From: Neoconidiobolus thromboides FSU 785
Taxonomy: Eukaryota > Fungi > Entomophthoromycota
DNA length: 64,000 nt
Direction: 5' to 3'
NCBI GenBank assembly: GCA_025603075.1
Contig: MU626259.1
Span: 186,001 to 250,000, forward strand
Position numbers and translations under genes: made by a program. The notes under the pieces are model-generated. The model was not told the origin of the DNA and ran no database searches. It was given only the letters and a program-made list of their open reading frames with translations. Shown piece after piece: positions 58,438 to 64,000 of the stretch (its first letter is position 1; each line of letters begins with the position of its first letter).

Positions 58438-61400
58438 TCAAATAGTATGTATAATAAATCTTAAAAGTTCGTTTTTAATTGTATTTAAATGATTGAAATT
58501 GGAATATAATTCATTCTTATTTTTAATATTTGAATAGATATAATAATTATTATTCATCAAATTAGGATATCCTTCTTTAGTTAATGTATTTAATATCAAT
58601 TTCGAGATGGATTGAAAGGGATAACAAGTTAATTGAGGATTATTTAATATAAATTCATGATGTAAATATTGTAAATAAATTAAACAACTTTTTAATTCTT
58701 TTTGTTGAAGATCAATTTGTTGCTGTGATAATTCAAGTGATATTTCCTTCTTGCAATATAGCAATAATAATTCGATCAATTTATATACAATTAGTTCAGA
58801 TAAGAAGTTTTCTTGAATTAATTTAAATGTATGATTAGCTACCATTGAATAATAAAATTTCAATTGAATTAAACTTATTTTATCTTTCGTATTTTTGACA
58901 TCTTGGATTTTCTTTTGTAATATTATATTAAAACAATTCATTGATTTAGTACTGGAATAAAATATTATATTATTAAATAATATGATATTTATTTCATTTT
59001 CCGTATTACAATCTATTATCTCCCAAACTTTTAATAATATATTTTCTACTAATTCATATGGTAAATTAGTTATAATTAAAGCTAATGCAATTATTTGATT
59101 TTTAGTAATATTAACATTATAATTAATTATATTTATTAATTGATCTTCTAATTCCTTTCTTGACAATGGTAAACTTAATAATTGAATTTGAATTTTTGTC
59201 AAACAATATATAATTGGATTTGTTATTTCATTATAATTAATGTTATAATAATCTTTATTTTGATTATTTTGATCATTATTATTTAAATCATATCTCCCAA
59301 TGTTATTATATTCTATAAAACATCTTAATTTCTCTATTAATTCCCAAAAATATTCCATATCAAATATCCTTTTATCTTTTTTTTCTCCAGTAATAAACTT
59401 TATAAACTTGATATTGAAATCCAAATAATTCAAATTTAAATTATTAATTAATAATAATTTAATATCTTCCTTTAATAAACTATAATTAATTATTAATAAT
59501 TCCTTAATAATAGTTAAACATAATTGATGGGAATAAATAAAATATCGATATTCAATTAATATTAATTTTATTATTTCCCATTGTTGATTTTCAATTAAAG
59601 ATTGTAAAATTAATTGGATTAATAATTGGAATTGTATCATTTCATTAGAATAATAGTTTGGTAAATGAATATTTTGATTGTTTTTTTCTTCTTTTTGATA
59701 TCTTTTTAATGTATTAAATGCTTGATGATATTTAAAATATTCTTTATAACCTTCGTTATATTTCCAATATTGACAATTCATTTGAAATATTGTTTGGCAT
59801 TGATTATATCGTTTTTTAAACTCCTCACATATTAATAATTTATTAATTATTTTCCATCGATAATCTTGTTTGATTTGAATATTAAAATTACAACTTAATG
59901 CAAACATTACATAATGTAAAGCACTAATTCTATATTTAAAAATAAATAACTTTAATTTTTCAATTACTTCATCTAGCTCTTGTTCTACTTTACAATTATT
60001 AATAATTAACATTAATAATTGAGTAATTAATTGGAATTTAATCGAATTATTATAATTATTATAAATTTGATCTATTAATTGATCTAGAAACTCTTCTAAT
60101 TGAATGTTGTTTAAATTACATTCTAACATCAACCAACAATAACATAAAAAATATTTCTGATGTTCTAATATTATAAAAAACTGTATTAAATATTCGGAAT
60201 CTATTGAAATTTCATTTAGATTTCCAATAATTAAATTCTTATTTGTCAAATAATTTTTAATCTCTTCAAATTCTTCTTTCTTTTCATTTAGGCTATTCAT
60301 TTCTTTAAATTCATAATAACTTATTTGATCTTTTTTAATTGTTTCATTTTTTATTCTTTCCATTCCTAATTTAGAACTCATGGCTTTTTCATTCCCTAAT
60401 TTATTCAATAACATTATCATTCTTTGATTCCAATTCCTACTGTATTCTCCCATCTCTATCAGTTGAATTAATTTATTTTTAGTAATAATATTCAATAATA
60501 AATTATCTTCAAAAAAAGTATTAGACTTTGCATCTAATTGTAACAAATAATTTTCTAAACTTTTTACATCTTTTTGTATTATAATAAAATTAATCATCAT
60601 TAACTCAATCTCTAAATAAATTCTTTCTTCTTTTTGTGATATTAAAGAATATTGTCCACATAATAATAAATTATATTTCCTATAATTAAAAAAATATCTC
60701 CCTAATCGATGATTTATCAACTGTAAAATAGAATATTGCCATCTTAATACAACGGGACTAATACTATTATTATTATTTTGTGATGTCCCTTGTAATATGT
60801 TATAACATTGACCTTTTAAAATAAAATCCGTATATTTCAATGTTTCCAACATGCCTTTAATATTTTGTTCCGAATTCCAACTATCAGCATAAATAATTTT
60901 ATAAACTGTATCTAAAGTTGGTGGTGAAGTACAAGTTGGTGGTAATTTAGTATTATTAAATGTCTGTGGCCCCTTCTGACAATTTAAACACATAGCAAAG
61001 ATTAAATTTAATAAAAATTGTTTACCATTAATTGTTAAGAATTCAATTAATTTATAATCGATCATTCCTCCATTTACATAGGTACAATTTTTAATTAATA
61101 ATTTATCATATTGGTTTTTAGTAGGTACTAAATTAATATAAATATATCGATCTAACTCATTTTGTATTGATTGACCAGCTATACTTAAATTTAGTAATTC
61201 TTCTTGATTTATATTATGAAATGTATTTGTATTTTCTACGATTTCTTTTAATTCCATTAATTTTTTATGCAATTTGTAAGTCAATGTAGCGAACTTTAAT
61301 ACAGGAATTAATTGAGGTAATCGATATTTCATATTATTTCTTTCAGTTAAATATTTTTGTTGATGTTGAATCATACATTGTAAAGCTAAATCCCGATAAT

Positions 61401-62983
61401 AATTTCTTTGTTGTGTATAAATTTGATTTGGACTATATAATTTAATTAATTTTTGAAATTTGATTTCTCGTGTTAAGAAATCTTGATTAATTTCTTCTTT
61501 TAAATTCGGTAAATGAAAAAGTTGTAAGATTATCCAAAGTAAACTATTATCTTTCTTAATTTTAAAAGTATTATGAAGATTCGTTATGGAATTTTCTTGT
61601 ATTAATTCTAAAAAAGAATCAATAATATTATTGAGTGTAATTAAATTTATAGATACAAAATAATAACAATACTCTGCTAATTGTTGAATATATTGCCAGT
61701 CAATTAATTGATTTTCATTTGGAATTAATACTTGGTTTTTATCTTCTGGTAATGAAACTAATAGAAAAAAATAACATTATAATTTAATTAATATTAATAA
61801 ATAAAACAACTTACTATCTATTATATCCCCCTTTTCCTCCTTTATCTTTTTTTGAATATTAAATAAATACCATTGAACTAATCTACAATAAGCTTTTAAT
61901 AATAATTGCTTTTCGTTAATATGTAAATGAATTTTAAAATAATTTAATTTCAATTCAATCTTTTCCCAATCACTTTTTTGTTGTAATAATTGAACTAGAA
62001 TATCTTCTGGATTTTGAAACTTTTCTTCTGTAATTCTTTCTTTCTAATGAACAATAGTTTGTATTTATTAAAAATTATTATAATAACTAGTATTGATTTT
62101 CTTTACTTACCATAATAACAAACAAGGTAGGACAGTTAGCTATTATAACAAAATAATCCTCCGTATACTTAGAATACTCCGAGATATAAAGATAATTAAA
62201 ATCTATAAATTTTTAACATTAAACTATAGAAAAATAAAATTAAAACAAAATCTTATTACCCATAGAAAACATCATCTCTTTCAATAAACTTCGATAACTC
62301 TCTACATTTTCCCAATATTTTTTTAATAACCAATGAGGCTTTATAGTATTATATTCCGTTATCATATCTATCTAAAAAAATAGGTTGATTAATAATTGTT
62401 TTAATATTTGATTTTTAATATTACTTACAATAACAATTAAATCCATTTTGTTCAATCTCGCAATACATCTCTCATCCCCAACAAATAAAAACTCCATCAT
62501 ACTTAGCAGTCTATTTACAGCGTCTTCTAAATCCAATTCCAAGTCCATTGTGTTCTCAAAACTCTGTATCATTTCAAAACATCTTCCCGCCAACCATTTT
62601 GCCTCTTGATAGCCTAACTGTGATAAACTCAAACTCGGTATAAAATAATATAAAAATCTTGAACAGCCAATAAATAATTCCTTTTCCTCAATATCCATCA
62701 GTTTAATGACTTTTTTGATAAGTACCAGGACAGATTCCCGTGTAGGTGGAGTTGAGATTTCATGTTTGGATAATTTTTTTTGATTACAAAAATTTTGTAG
62801 TTCCGCTGTTAAGGATCCAAGACTGTAATGATATGTTGGTAAGGTCTCTAATATTGACTGAATAATGTAATAACAATCCATTATTGAATCTAGAATTTCA
62901 ATTAGAAAAGTGAAATAGCATATAATTTTTGACTTTTTTTTTGAAAATTTTATTTGCTTAATTTCTAGCTGGAATTTTTTCAT
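58438..62983 (-). CDS. MED23: Mediator subunit 23-like, multi-exon, 5' end unresolved
   Basis: Spliced segment DWQYIQQLAEYCYYFVSINLITLNNII..KDNSLLWIILQLF resembles the MED23 WQHLSSQLIFFV..RDHLMWVLLQF block; LPNYYSNEMIQFQLLIQLILQSLIE resembles LPIYFGNVCLRFLPVFDIVIHRFLE (both from memory). ORFs 58438-61374 and 62372-62983 are linked by in-frame exons. Confidence 0.65.
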
Positions 62984-63495
62984 GATTTTTCAGACGGAGC
63001 TTCCAAGGAATTGATAGAATTCTGATAATCCAAATGAACCATAATAATATTCAAGTAATTATATTAATAGAAATAATAAAGTATTATTATAATTATTATC
63101 TTAATTAGCGACAATAAGTGAATTAATTACGTCGATATTTGGATTTATAAGTAGAAATTAGTGTATAAATTAAATGACTAACCGATTCAATTGTAACGTC
63201 ATAATTTGAAACATTAACTCAAGTGTTCACATTATTTAAAATTTATACCCAATTTTATTCTTATCAATTAAAATAAGTTGATATCATTTGCATAAATTGT
63301 AAAAGATAAGGTTAAATCAAATTGACTCTACTTATCAATTACACATATGATTAAAAAATTTACTAAATTTAACCATCACTCAACCACACTAAATATTAAT
63401 ATTACATAAAAACACATAAAAACACATAATAATTTCAATTCCATTTTTTTTCTTTAAAACAAATTATTTTTCAAAAAGTGAGAAATATAAAAAAC

Positions 63496-64000
63496 ATGAA
63501 TAATCAACGAAAAGAAGACCAATTGCACAGTGGAACTAGTTCGATCTCAATCCTAAACCCAAATACAGCTCACGTTACTGCCCCAGCTAATGAATATTAT
63601 TCAAGAGCTAACAATTCACCTACTATTGCAAGAAACCGTACATTATCTATGGTAAGTTGATGTCTTTCGATTTTATTTTACTTTATCTCTTTAAGGCTGA
63701 TAAAAATTGTTAAAAAGTAATTGAATACTTGAATTAATCTTGATTTTTTGATTCTAGTCCAATAGCTACACTTCATTATCACGTCCTGGCTTTCACAATG
63801 ATTATACTGAAAATAAATTTCGTCGTCAAAGGAGAGGTTCTATTGGTATTATTTTAATTCTATTTTATTTAAAAATAGTTTTATTTACTAATATTTTTAC
63901 TTATTTTAGATGATAAAACATTAAAACCCATGAAATTTTTACTAGATGTAGAAGAAACGAGTCGGTTAATTTTAGCACAAGAAGATACAGATGGAGATTT
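63496..64000 (+). CDS. NTH1: Neutral trehalase, 5' part (runs off the window)
   Basis: PKA-type ARNRTLS and RRGS sites, then KFLLDVEETSRLILAQEDTDGD, the Ca-binding segment of neutral trehalases; two introns. Confidence 0.85.

Overview
Very AT-rich eukaryotic genomic DNA with many short GT-AG introns (CTAA-type branch points). The gene set (MTRR, MED23-like, RalGAPB-like, eIF3j, Dsn1, CLIP-170, neutral trehalase) points to an early-diverging fungus; an Entomophthoromycotina/Zoopagomycota-like host is my inference only. I support about 20 protein-coding genes, most of them spliced and only partly captured by the ORF track, so I rebuilt exon chains by hand and intron boundaries are approximate. 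Intergenic DNA carries 15 recognisable copies of a ~100-bp element with GGGGATG...CATCCCC termini and at least two other foldback elements. No rRNA, tRNA, CRISPR array or intact transposase was found. Most interesting: (1) a paralogous pair of Gln/Cys-rich helical proteins with SPF(G)Q arms, one carrying a metallothionein-like insert; (2) an FG-repeat protein with three Ran-binding domains, two of them nearly identical at DNA level; (3) a single-pass surface protein built from symmetric phase-1 Cys-module exons; (4) the ~100-bp repeat family; (5) an STRE cluster upstream of an Msn2-like factor; (6) a cryptic two-exon reading frame at 46.5-47.0 kb. All family assignments rest on motif recognition from memory, not database searches.
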